Shown here piece after piece: positions 1 through 12,490 of a stretch of DNA of 35,680 nucleotides; positions within the stretch are counted from its first letter, which is position 1, and each line of letters begins with the position of its first letter. The translations under genes and the position numbers were made by a program. This stretch comes from Catajapyx aquilonaris. Taxonomy: Eukaryota. The notes under the pieces are model-generated. The model did not search any database and had not been told where the DNA came from. It worked only from the letters and a program-made list of their open reading frames with translations. The DNA is taken from NCBI GenBank assembly GCA_000934665.2, contig JYFJ02004005.1, positions 1 through 35,680 of the forward strand. The letters are read 5' to 3'.

Positions 1-162
1 TCGCCATGCTGTGACAATTTCAGGTCCGCACCTCCAGCGAGACGGCTACGCCGGCGGTGCGAACACAACGCAGCACCCGTCCCTCGGCCCAACTTGCTCT
101 CCGCGAGTGGGAAAAATCGTCGTGATCGTGCGCCCTTAAAGCTTAAACAGATGGCACAGAAC

Positions 163-273
163 CAGGGATGGAAAAAGAACCGCTTCCTTCCAAGAAGCGC
201 TTCTTTTTTCCATGTGCAGGGATGGAAAAAGAACCGCTTCCTCCCAAAGAAGCGGTTCTTTTTCCATCCCTGC
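163..273. repeat. Tandem pair of miniature hairpin units with hAT-like CAGGGATGGAAA ends
   Basis: Perfect 25-bp inverted arms 216-240 / 249-273; degenerate copy at 163-213. Confidence 0.7.
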
Positions 274-351
274 GCGGAACACAGTCAAGTGAGTCAACAA
301 CACAGTCTGACTCTTCTGTAAGAATTTAATTAGCTGTTTGAATATGTTTAT

Positions 352-560
352 CTAGATATTTCTCCTTCCTGTTTCCATACGTACAAAATAACCTGCGGCA
401 TTGCGAGGCAATGTGAGAAATTTCTTTATTAAATAAATTTGAATTCTTTCTATTTCATGTGTTCGGTCCAGTGCCCAAACCGCGGCACTGTATGTTACAA
501 CTGGTATTATTTTAGTATCTAACAATTTGAACGCCGTTTTTATATCCCTCGCCTTCAAGT
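352..560 (-). mobile_element. Non-LTR retrotransposon (LINE) fragment, region C-terminal to reverse transcriptase
   Basis: IIPVVTYSAAVW...IERIQIYLIKKFLTLPRNAAGYFVRMETGR matches the post-RT pattern P-x2-Y-x3-W...E-x2-Q...E-x-G of LINE ORF2. Confidence 0.75.
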
Positions 561-1816
561 TTACTAGTGTGGGTCACATACCGGATATCGCCGATATCCC
601 TTTTGTCACTGGCCGTACTTGTTTATGCAGCAATTGGAACTCCCAAGTATTTATACATGATGTTTTAATATAAAATAGATAAAATAAAAGTATAAAACGT
701 CACGGAACTATACTTTCAGTACTTTCATTACTTTGTGTCTTTGTTTAAACAACTTTCGTAAAAACTGCTTTTTAAAGCAGCTTTTTTACAAAGCAGTTAC
801 TCCTGAAGCTGCTTTGTAAAAAAAGCAGCTTTTGCCCAACACTACTACCATGTCATTGATGTCAATATGATGCAGCAAGAGAGTGGTCATAACTACTGTA
901 TAAGTTTATATTCCAATTTTCAGTTTTATTAAAAAATAGAGGGTGTGAATCTTAGTTTTTTTTTTTGTGATCTCACATGGAATTACCCACCAGGAGCTGG
1001 GTAGGAGACCAAGTGAATAATTCATGAAGGTGTAAAATTGCTGGGAACGGGTCAATTCTGTCATGTATTCCCTATTAATATTGTTTCCCAAATCTTGGTC
1101 TCTCGTTTGGGTATAGTAGGCTCGGAAATTCATCGCAATTTGTTGCGTGATTGAATGCTTCTACTCATTGTAGGTCTATTAATAACAGCCCGTATTTTTG
1201 TCTAGTTTTTTAAAACACCCTTGCAATCCACGCTTTTCATTCTGCCCAGTGACTAATCAAACATGTCTCCGGAGGTCCGATCCTTCAGAAATGTACTTCC
1301 CCTGATCAATGACACTGAATGGCAGCTTCAGAGCATACCTCAGCAATCGGCATACATCACATAATCGATGACTGAGCTCGCAAGACCGCGCAAGACCTGC
1401 CTCTCGTATGGACAACAATAATCGAGATAGGTCATTTTGTGTGATTATCATAATATCTGGTGACGGCATAAAACGCAATTATCTGAATAGGACTGTGTAC
1501 ATGAGAAGGAACCCGCCTGATTAATAATTCTACATCTGTGCAAAAATGAAATTCTTCTTCAATTCGCTCACAGACACCATCTCTAAAAGAAATTGTGCTT
1601 GGAATAAACCAAAAATACAATGAATCAATATGAAAGTAAGCCTTCTGTCGCATTGATTCGATACCCCCACTCTTTCTTTCGATGGTGAACGAACCTTTAT
1701 GTAACGGACTTACAACTGGCCAGAAAACCGACATAAATTAATCAACTGTTTGCACTGAAATGACCGAAATGATTGGTGCTGTACTTGGTAGAAAATAATT
1801 ATCTTTGAGTAACTAA

Positions 1817-1964
1817 CAAGGGGGTAATCCCTCGATTGAAAAGTGTACACTGGAGTACCAAATTCAAGGAGTACCAAGGAGTAATAAAGAGTGAGGTACC
1901 TGAGGAGTACCAGGGAGTACCAATCGCAGGTGTACACCGGAGTACCGAAGTGATTACCCCCTTG
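1817..1964. mobile_element. 148-bp MITE, hAT- or P-superfamily-like
   Basis: Perfect 13-bp TIR CAAGGGGGTAATC; perfect 8-bp TSD GTAACTAA (1809-1816, 1965-1972); internal GGAGTACC repeats. Confidence 0.88.
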
Positions 1965-2391
1965 GTAACTAAAGCTGGGAAATAATTAGCCTACAAATTT
2001 TTCACATTTACAGTCTAATATAGTACTGACGAGGTCACAATGGGTAACATTATATGAAATGAAACGACTTGTATAGAGTAATTAAGGTCTTGTGTCAGAA
2101 CTATTCTACAGCTGCAGATATAATTCAAGTTAATTATAGACGTTCCTCACTATACAAGCAAGTGTTTTCTTTAATCAATTTTCGGTCAAGTGATGCCGTC
2201 GATTAAACACTAACAATGATGCCTTATTGTATTGCATGCTGTGCTCGTATAGAAAATTAACACCGTACATAATTGCATTCATTTCCATGATTCTCTCTCC
2301 GATGCTGTAGAAAACCAATATTCTATTAACGCCACAGACTCACAAGCTATATATATCGTTCTCCGCGATGGATTTCCCATTAGGCACAGTA

Positions 2392-2716
2392 AATCCGCGC
2401 CCTCTCTTGGAGTGGCAATTACTGCATGAGGTCCCGGCTGGTTCGCCAGCGACGGTACTCTCTTCCTCGAGCGGTCCTCGGACCTGACTCGCATTTCTTG
2501 GTCGGACGGGGTGCTTGGGAGAATATCCCACCCTCGTCCCTGGGTTGGACCCGGCATTGCAGTACAGCCGGGGCCAGCCCTCCTCTCCCCCACCCTTCTA
2601 ACCCACCCCTACCTTGCAATCCTACACCTTCCTCTCCTACCCCCGGCTGCCAAGGCTCGACTCAGACAGAGCCATACAAGCTGGGTAACCCTTCCTACCA
2701 ACCAACCAACCAACCA
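2392..2716 (+). mobile_element. Short retroposed element (SINE or 5'-truncated LINE) with (ACCA)n tail
   Basis: 13-bp TSD ATTAGGCACAGTA (2379-2391, 2717-2729); GC-rich body; simple-repeat 3' tail. Confidence 0.82.
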
Positions 2717-3796
2717 ATTAGGCACAGTAGGCACACTGGCCTTGAAAGCATCTGAATCGCCCTTCATTATAGTACCATTCTGTTGTCATTCAAGGAACGG
2801 ATATAGTCAAATCAAAAAAGAAATGTACCTCTGGGAACCTTACTTATGCAGGGAGGTACTGGTAACGACATAACGAGGTAACGAGGTATAATGAATCAAT
2901 CGCCTGCTTTATACAAAGGCCTGATGTCAGTTTTTCAATAACCCGAGCGAAGAAAGTGCCCCGGCTCCCGGCGGATGTAATCAACATAACGTTGGGTAAG
3001 ATCAATATTGTAAGTCCAAAAAATTCCATTTCAGGGTAAGTCCACCACCATATTCTATACCTTCCACCATGCACCTGTGACATCACTAGAACGAAATTAT
3101 TGTATGTTCAGCTGCACACAGCAGAAAACTTTCAATATTTTTTCCTGGGAAACTACTAATTTGAGACTTACAATATAGTATTGATCTCACCCGCGTGAAA
3201 TATAAACCTTGGGACACGATCAGGGTGACTGTCCTCTATTGATGACAGGGGGGGGGGGGGGNTATTTTTATTCTTAAACAAGCTTGAAGGCTGGACACAT
3301 TTATGATGCTAATAATTTTTGTATGAAAGAGTGATGTGACGGGGTCAGAGGTCATCAGGATGGTGATGACCCGACTTCCGCTCACTAGCAAAGATCGTGA
3401 TGAGGTAGGTATAAGGTTGGCGGTTAGACCAACTCTAGTGATTCAATCATACCAAATTAGACGCCCAAAAGCACTGTCCAGAAACATTCATGTCATTTAT
3501 TTAAATAAGTTAGTAAGCAATCCTATATACATAAGTCACAAAAAATCCAACAACTAATCCATTTTTCCCTTGTCCCATAAGGGACGTAGTCCTCTAGTTA
3601 TTCACTGATGGGCACCTGGACCACACCGCCCCCTTTTAGGCACAGCCAACTCACTGTCATGCCGGGGTTCCTGGACGGGTATTTAGGCTGGTTGAAGTCC
3701 TCCGGCTGGTTTGACTCAACTTCACAGCTTTCCGACTTCACCCACTACTGCCTCTCTCCAACTCTTCTTTCTCTCCTTCTTGAACCGTCGCTTATA

Positions 3797-6590
3797 CAGG
3801 GTGTCTAAACCTTTTTGTCCGAACAATTATCGGAAATATTGCCATAAGCTGCTTATTTTTAGCAGTGACTTGCAACCAGTGATGCTTCCCTGGCTTTATC
3901 AGTTGAGGGATGTGCCAGGAATGTTGGGGCATATTCTGGCTACATATCTACAGGGTGATTCTCTCGAATGGAAACCCAAACATTCCTCAATAACTTTTTA
4001 ACCATGGTATGGTTCCTGATGAAAATGGACATGTACTCACCTTGTATCATGCCAAACAAGGTCTGACTAAAGAATTTACCAAAAGTGGTCCCCTCCGGCA
4101 TCCAAGAATTTTTTAATCCGAGTCTGCATATTGCCGAAGACTCCTGCCTATTCCCGGCGGGGACTGCACTCATCCCCGCCGCACAGTGGTAAATATCAGA
4201 AAAAACACGAAAGAAAATGATAGCTCCTAAACTAAACCGTTTAAGTACGTAAAATACATGTCTCCCCATGTTTTCAGGGTCGCCGATTTCGATTTTTTTG
4301 TTATTTTGAACATAGACCTACAGGGTGTACCAAAAAACACGAGAGAATTTAAGAATCATTTTGTAGAATATACGGAAACAATAGGTTAGTGATGTTACCC
4401 TAGGTTTTGCGGTCACTGCTTCATATTTTGAGGCTCTTATCAAACCAAGACCTACAGAGTGTACCAAAAACAGGATAGAATTTAATAATCTGCAGAATAA
4501 GTGGTACAAGTATAGGTGAAACTAATACTTCCCCTGTTTTTACGGTCGCTGATTTCGATATTTAGGTAATTTTGAAGCTATACCTACAGGGTGTACTAAA
4601 ATCTCACTTTGGATTCGACGAACGTGTATAATAAGCATTACAAGTAGGTGAAAATAACATTACCCGATGTTTTCGCGGTCCTCATTTTTGATTTTTTTAC
4701 GTTATTTACTTATTTTGAACCAGGACGTACATGGTGTACCATAAAAAGACCACCGAATTTAAGAACTTGTGGAATCAACATTATAAGTACGGATATGTGA
4801 AAATAATAATTATGTTATACCGTATGTTGGTGGACAGTGATTTTGATATTTAGGATATACTGAACCCAGACCAATAGCTTGTACCAAAAACACCGTCAAA
4901 TTTGGGACATATAATTTATGTCCCAAGGTAGCATTTTGTGAAGTGGGGTCGTGCCGTAATACCAATACTGCAGTAATTCAGTGCAAAAAGAATATGAAGT
5001 GGCCCCTGAAAGTGAATATCGTAGAATATTTCCTTAAGTTGCGGATAGTTGCAGCTGATACTTACTGGATAGTTTCCCTATTATCCTCAGGTCAACTTAA
5101 ATCCAATTTCATCACTGACTCGTACTGACTCCGTTTTGTATGCCTAATTGAACTTCAACATTTGTGAAAATTTGTGGAATGTTACAAATTGAAATTTCTC
5201 TGATTTCCAAGAAACAAGGACCCATTATTGATATTCTGTTAACAGTCCCAAATCCATGCTCTACGAGACCAAGTACTTATTTTCCTAAATATTTAGTTTT
5301 TAACATTTTGCCATCATGTCAAAAGCAGGCGCGTTCCGTTCCGATGAATCAGAAGAATGCTGAATGTTTGAACAGAGTATTTTGTATATTATTTTCTGCG
5401 GTTTTCTGTTACATTTGGAGTGTTTAAGTTGTTTATGATACATTATGTTGGCCTATATATAGGTTGGAAGTTTCCTCAAAATCTAAATCAGCGACCGTAA
5501 AAACTGGGGAAATATTACTTTCACCTACTTGTATCACTTATTCTATAGGCTCTCTCAAATTTGACGGTGATTTTAATACAGGCTGTTGGTCTGGGTTCAG
5601 TATAGCTAAAAATCAAAATCATTGTCCACCAACATACGGTAAAATATTATTTTCACATATCCGTAGGCCTACTTACAATGTAGATTCCACGAGTTCTTAA
5701 ATTCGACGGTCTTTTTATGGTACACCCTGTATGTCATTGATCATAATTACCTAAAAAATCAAAATTAGGACCGCGAAAACATCGGGAAACGTAATTTTCA
5801 CCTACTTGTAATGCTTATATTATACAAGTTCATAGATTCCACAGTGAGTTTTTTGTACACCCTGTAGGTATAGGTTCAAAATAACCTAGAAATCGAAATC
5901 AGCAGCCACGAAAGCATGGGGAGATGTGTTTCTTATGTAAACGGTTTAGTTGAGGAGCTATCATTTTCTTTCGTGTTTTTTCTGATATTGACCACTGCGC
6001 CGGCCAGCCAACTTGGTGGGCGGGAATCTCAAGCAACAGACCCGTTTCCTTGGGCCGAATTCAGAGAGGTTGCTTAACGTAAACGCGCCCGATTAAATCC
6101 TTTAGTCCTCGATTAGCAAATTTAAAAGTGCTAGCAAGTGCGATTAGGGGGCATTAACCGCTAATCGCCGTCTTTGTATTAGAAGGTTGGTTAAATTTGC
6201 TAATCGAGGATGACTAAAGGATTTAATCGGGCGCGTTTACGTTAAACAACCTCTCTGAATTCGGCCCCTTGAGATACCCGCCCGCCTGGCAGGCTGGCCT
6301 GCGCGGCGGGGATGAGAGCAATCCCCGCCGCCAATGTGCAGGAGTCTTCGGCACTATGCAGATCTCGGATTAAAAAATTCTTGGATGCCGGAAGGGACCG
6401 CTTTTGGTAAATTCATAAGTCAGACCTTGTTTGGCATGATACAAGGTAAGTACATGTCAATTTTCATCGGGAACCATACCATAGTTAAAAAGTTATTGAG
6501 GAATGTTTGGGTTTCCATTCGAGAAAATCACCCAGAAGAAGATACATAGGCTTTTCCGATAACTGTTCGGAAACAAGTTGAGACACCCTG
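3797..6590. mobile_element. 2.8-kb non-autonomous Tc1/mariner-type foldback element with about 1-kb imperfect inverted arms
   Basis: TA|CAGGGTGTCT...AGACACCCTG|TA; arms about 3950-4900 vs 5500-6530; the ORF track shows near-identical translations on opposite strands (3940..4269 and 6334..6549). Confidence 0.88.
6052..6267. mobile_element. 216-bp PIF/Harbinger-like MITE nested in the foldback
   Basis: About 70-bp TIRs starting GGGCCGAATTCAGAGAGGTT; 3-bp TSD CTT on both sides. Confidence 0.82.
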
Positions 6591-6736
6591 TATAGTGAAC
6601 TATCGGTCGTCGGTCAGCTCAGTTCCCTGTCGCATTCCAGTGCTCCATTGTGTAGCCAGATAGGACACTTTGCTTGCATTAACGCCTCCTCACCAACAAT
6701 GGTATAGGTGGTTTTAATTAATTCAATGTCCTTACA

Positions 6737-9700
6737 GGCTGGTTCCATTTCAATTCAGACAGAGGGTGCCCAGTCATGGTCTTCGATTTTTTTAAAAAAT
6801 ATATACAATCATGTGAAACCCACATCCAATTGAACTTTTATGGAGCAATCAGGTTTACGAGATTAAATTAAGTTATCGAGATATTAATATTTCTTTTAAG
6901 GGGTACCAAAATAACATTCACGGGAAGGTGCACTTTTCCATTGCTTTCAATGAGTAGCCCTGGAGTAGCCTATATTTCGGGAACTGTTCTGAAAACCAGC
7001 ATGAAATTTTAAACTCATGCTTTTAAAATAACACGCTGTTATATAATGCATAAATTTACCTTATTTAATGGTATAGTCACCTGCAAAAAAATCTCCAACA
7101 TTGCATATTTTGGTCAAAATGCGCATATTTCGCAATTTATTACGGCGCGGCGTTATGGTAAACGTGACGATTGTGCCGATTATATTTTGTGATATACTCG
7201 GTGACCCCCTACAGGTTATGAAATAAAACCTTCGTTAGCTCCGCGTGTAGTTGAGATATGCGATGTGAAAATATGGCAACAAGCGAAAACATGCATATTT
7301 CAAAAATTATTTTCTCTTAAACTCAATGTTTTATTTTTTATTTATATTTTTCATTTTACACGGACAGACAGGTTATAAAGTGAGATAGTGTCAAACCCCG
7401 GTGCATATTTTGTAAGTGAGATACAATTTTTTTCAGATGACAACTTGCGCCATTGTGCTACAATATAGCACACTTCAAATAAATATTTTCTCGAAGAAGC
7501 CATTTTAAATATTCAATCGTTATTTTTTGTATAACAAAGTAGCATGAGTTCTATTATAAAATTATATAAAAATTCGGTATGCACAATGCCGTAATTTACT
7601 GGTACAGTCATCTTCAAAAAATTCGCCGAAAGTGCTTGTTTTGCTGGAAATTCACTAAGTACGCAATTTATTATGCAGGTTATTATTAAGGTTATACAAA
7701 TGAAACCAATTATGCACAACGTTGTTAAAGGGCATGTTGTAAGGATAAATAATATAATTAATATCTGCATTCAAAGAAGAGATACACCTGGTCAAAGTAG
7801 GGTCATATGAGAAAACATGCCTGAAAGATATATTTATTTATTTATTTTAATTAATTGGTGTAGATAATGACGCTCTCTGTCGAAAGATATATTACAAACC
7901 CGGGGCATATGCGTAGTAATTGAATTATATATTTTTGAATGTTCCTCTGGGTTAAACCCCCTTTTTGACAAAGGTGTAAATATTGTGAGGTCCATTGTCG
8001 GACCCGTACCGTACCATACTTGCGGTACAGTACACCTGGCAAGCTCATGGGTCCAAATACTGGGTTCAGTAAATGATACTCGGACTGGTGATAACAACAG
8101 CACGTCTATTGCTCTGAGGTTACAGCCAAGCAAGCAGGAGAGGGAGGAGCTCAGCACTTCAGCAGCATCGCTCCTTATTATATATATACAGTATTTCAGC
8201 CACCAGATGGCGCACAAGAACAGGGACAATTTCCAAAAGAGGATAAATGCCGATCTCGCTGTCGGGGGGCGGGGTCGGCAAATTTCGTCAAAGTAAATCA
8301 CAAGGCGGTGCGAAAAGGGCTGGATTTGGGGACATTCTGGTACACGGAGCCTTGAGTCATCCTAGCACAGTATATGGAGGGTTCACGAGACCTGTTTTCC
8401 ACCCGCCCAAAAGGGCTAATCTCTGAGCCCACCCCTTCCAAGAAAGCCACGGGGGGGAGTGACGTAGACCGTCGGCTTCACCGACCCGGGACATAGGCAA
8501 ATGCATGTTATTTGGGTGCATCAGCCCACATTCGATTTTTTATCTGGCGAACAGTGCATCCGACGTTCACAGGTCCCACTACGGAAAAAACTCTCCGTAG
8601 TGCGCTCATTGCAACCGTACTCATCGCGGAATTTTCGGGCCGATATTTTGGCCTTAGGACGGCGTCGAAAAACAACTTGAAATTCCTTCCTTGCAAAATG
8701 AAACTGGTATTTTTTCTCCCCCGTTCTTACTCTTGGATCTTGAAGAAGGGAAGGATTTCGAATCTGATCTGTGCAGTAAAGTGACATAATCTGCCCGTAG
8801 GTTAAGATAGACTGCGTGTGATCCCGAATAATATTAATAATAATCATAATAACAATAACAATAATAATAGCGATAATAATCCCGAATAATATTAATAATA
8901 ATCATCTCAAGCCTCCGTGATTCTGGTAGAGGCTGAACAAGTCCGTTCAAACTATCTGCAATACACAAAGGCCGTTCAGTCTGAGATTGAAAGCGAAGTG
9001 GAGAAGTTCTTGTGCCGGGATATTAATACGAGGAAGTTTTGTTGGTGAACATGACATCATTTTAAATATTTAAAATGGCTTCTTCGAGAAAATATTTATT
9101 TGAAGTGTACTATATTGTAGCACAATGACGCAAGTTGTCATCTGAAAAAAATTGTATATCTCACTTACAAATATAGTATGCACCGGGTTTTGACACTATC
9201 TCACTTTATAACCTGTCTGTCGGTGTAAAATAATAAAAAAATGGGTTTTTTGAGAAAATTATTTTTGAAATATGCGTGTTTTCGCTTGTTGCCATATTTT
9301 CACATCGCATATCTCAACTACACGCGGAGCTAACGAAGTTTTTATTTCATAACCTGCAGAGGGTCACCGAGTATATAATCGGCGCAATCGGCACGTTTAC
9401 CACAACATCATCATCATCATGACATTTCCCTATGAGGGGTAGTCAGCGATGAAGGGAGACGCAAGCTAACCCAACATATGAACTAAATTAAAACTTGTGA
9501 AAATAAACCTATAAACAACCCGTCCCACCCCCCACCCCTGCCCATCTCAGATGACAGACACTGAATATTAATTTTAAATATTACACTATGCAATACGTAC
9601 GTTACTTCACCAAATCAAGCCCCCTCGCCACCAGCCACTACTCCGGACGCCCTGGCCACGCCGTAATAAATTGTGAAATATGCGCATTTTAAGATATTTT

Positions 9701-9815
9701 TGCAGGTAACTGTACCATTAAATAAGGTAAATTTATGCATTATATATATATATATATATATTAAATCGAAGACCATGACTGGGCACCCTCTGTCTGAATT
9801 GAAATGGAACCAGCC
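6737..9815. mobile_element. 3.1-kb long-TIR (foldback) DNA element, superfamily unassigned
   Basis: Perfect terminal inverted repeat of about 50 bp (GGCTGGTTCCATTTCAATTCAGACAGAGGGTGCCCAGTCATGGTCTTCGATTT) and inner arms about 7045-7512 vs 9060-9740; no clear TSD. Confidence 0.85.
9407..9655 (-). mobile_element. Retroelement 3'-end insertion with (ATG)n tail inside the right arm of the 6737-9815 foldback
   Basis: Sequence absent from the homologous left arm; begins with (CAT)5 on the plus strand. Confidence 0.6.
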
Positions 9816-12415
9816 TAATGCTATTTCAAACTGTCGCTCGGTCCGGATCCGAACCGCGGTCTGCCAGTTGAATAGTCCTGCCTTAGACTCTGCCTCTTGA
9901 AGCTCTTGGCTGAAGAATAATGGAGGAATGCCCCACTGCAAAGATGGTCTAATTCCAATAGAATGCTTTATTGACACATTGGCGCACAAACAATTCCCTT
10001 GGACCACCTGCTGAGATGGGTCTTACATTTATGCACAATTTATCAATCACAGTCCACTGGCACTTTTATGTTGCTACTGCTCAGGACATTTGACAACCAG
10101 TCATTACCACCCCTTTAGTGTAGCACTTCTAGTTATGTATTAATATCAGTCACAATGTGGTAAAACATGCACACATTTCGTGTAATATTACTGAAAAACA
10201 GTTATTAATTTTCATTCTTTGTGAATAAAATCTACTCCATATACATACATCACCAGATTCTAGTCACAAAGAGAAATAGCTGTACACTATGTAAGTAGTC
10301 CTACCTTTCCCAACTAAACTAACAGTGTGTGGACAATGGAAAAAGATCAAAAATTCAATACCTTTGACATCATACATTTTAGTCTGCTGCCACTTGCACC
10401 TAAATGATAATGCTGTTATGGCAGCAGTTCTCAACCTACTAACCTATTACCATCTGGTTGAGTATTGTTGCTGTTGGACTAACTAATGTCAACTGAAGAA
10501 GAGCAGGAAAAACAAACAAGTTAAGCAAGTTATCCCTCCCCAACTTTGTACAACCAAGTACCAACTGGAAAGCGGGCTTCCAAAAGCATAATTTTTTGAG
10601 CAAAAAGACGCATATCTCTGCTGTCACCAAGAAAACTCAATGCCACAGATTCAGGACACTTGGTGTGATATCTCAGTCACCAACCAGTGCAATATTTACC
10701 AGAATGACTGATGTAGAATGATTGCTTGTGAAAGCCACATTGTTCAAGACTACTCCTGGAATGGCAGCAGATGAAAATAACATGGTTTCACTTTATGTCC
10801 AGTTTGCATTACTACCTTGTTCAAATGACAAGTTATGACACCTGACAACATAAAAATACAAACAGGACCCTACAAATTATTCTACACGTATTTAATCCTG
10901 TGTAATCTTTCTTTTAAAAGGTAATGCTCAATAGCAGCAAACTACATGGCTTACTCATATGCAAAAGAAGGGCTCTATGTCGCAGACTAGGGTGGTCTTC
11001 GAGTTCACATGCATGCCCACCTTTTACGTTATGCCATGGGCATAACATGTAAGTTGAAGCTTAGCATGGCCAATGCTGCTTTGGTTCCAAGAAAGTCAAA
11101 TTGTTCTTCAGTTGATTGCAATAATACCAACATATTCACTTTCCACATATGAATTTTTCTCATAAGTAATCAGGTGTCTATTGAACAACAATGTGTGCAG
11201 GCAAGGTCAAATATAATGACGAATGTTCATATTCCCAGTGCCTCTCCAGTGTAATTCCCATACAATATGCTTTGGTAAAAATACACCAGTTACAGTAATT
11301 GTACATTACCTGTATAAATATTAATTTATGCAAACACTTGCTGAATTCAGCAATCACTTAGCCCATCAGCATACGAAATTTAATTCTTCCATTGGGTGGT
11401 TTTCTTAAACATTCATTCAACACTGAATTAGTTACCACAAAGCCCTGTCAAAATTTGTAGCAATACCTTTGCTTGCAGCAGGTACTGTACATGCAAATTT
11501 AATCAACATAGAGCCAGTTCCACCAACAGGACTTGAGCAGTGAGCAATGCTTAGGTCTATGATAGTGGTATTCCAAAGCACTGCTCAGGGCCTGAGCACC
11601 GCTTGAGGAAAAGCCACGTTTTACTCAGCTCTTGCTGTGACCAATTCACTACTCTGTCAAAACATCTGCCAGGCACATATCATGTCACCACATCATGTGG
11701 AATGCTACTACTTTTTTTTCTCTCTGTCTACCTATAGTATACCATGCATTGCGTTGGCTCTTACAATATGCAATGCATTCTTGCTCAACTTAGTCAGGCT
11801 GACTCTTGGCAGTTCTATTTCTGAACCAAGTGAACGGCCTTCTTGTTCCATATGTTACGTCTTTCTATGCTTCTTTACATTTAATTAGCCCACTTGGGTT
11901 TCTTACATTAATACATGCAACGCAACCTAAGCTTGTTAGTGCTAATCAGCACATGATGACTTGATGTTATATCAAATTTGTCTACTCTAACTAGTCAACA
12001 CGAATGTAGAAGGCAACCAATGTGCGTGGGCATCATTGACTTCCTTTGTACTAACTGAGAGTGAGCTATTAATTTCCTTCTCAAGCTGCTTGTTTCCTTG
12101 AAGAAAGAACAGATGTACCTTGTTTAAAAGCTTGGTCACAAGAATATTCTGGCACAGTTTGATGCGACAAAATGCACTGAACTCTCTAGCTCTAAATGAG
12201 GCACTCTGACAACATCTAAGATGACTAACTAAAGAGCAACTAATTATCCCACAATGCTCGCCACAATGAATCCACTCATGTGCCCAGCTTCCACTTTAGT
12301 CTAGCGCATTGAACGAGAAGTGGTTTGAGAGACATATCATGGCAGCAACTGGTCCCGATAACAAAAGTGTGAAGGGGCTGTAGTGAAAACTTCCTTACCA
12401 ACCACATAATAACTC

Positions 12416-12490
12416 GGGCCAATTGTATGAACACGAGTTAAGGTGAACGACTCCATAATTAACCTTAATTCATGTTCATACAACCAGCCC
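12416..12490. mobile_element. 75-bp degenerate Harbinger-like mini-MITE
   Basis: GGGCCAATTGTATGAACACGAGTTAAGGT ... ACCTTAATTCATGTTCATACAACCAGCCC imperfect inverted repeat. Confidence 0.55.

Noticed and set aside
760..845. AAGCAG/CTGCTT hairpin as a terminator or complete MITE
   Set aside because: Probably a TE subterminal region, but no convincing partner TIR or TSD; intrinsic terminators do not apply here.
1850..1950. GGAGTACC repeats as a CRISPR-like array
   Set aside because: Repeats are 8 bp with irregular short spacers, lie inside a TIR/TSD-bounded MITE, and the context is eukaryotic with no cas genes.
3248..3262. Poly-G run with N (also 31287-31309) as a G-quadruplex element
   Set aside because: Homopolymer with an ambiguous base; length is unreliable.
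3940..6549. Duplicate LGLKNSWMPEGT ORFs as a gene pair
   Set aside because: They are the two inverted arms of one foldback element.
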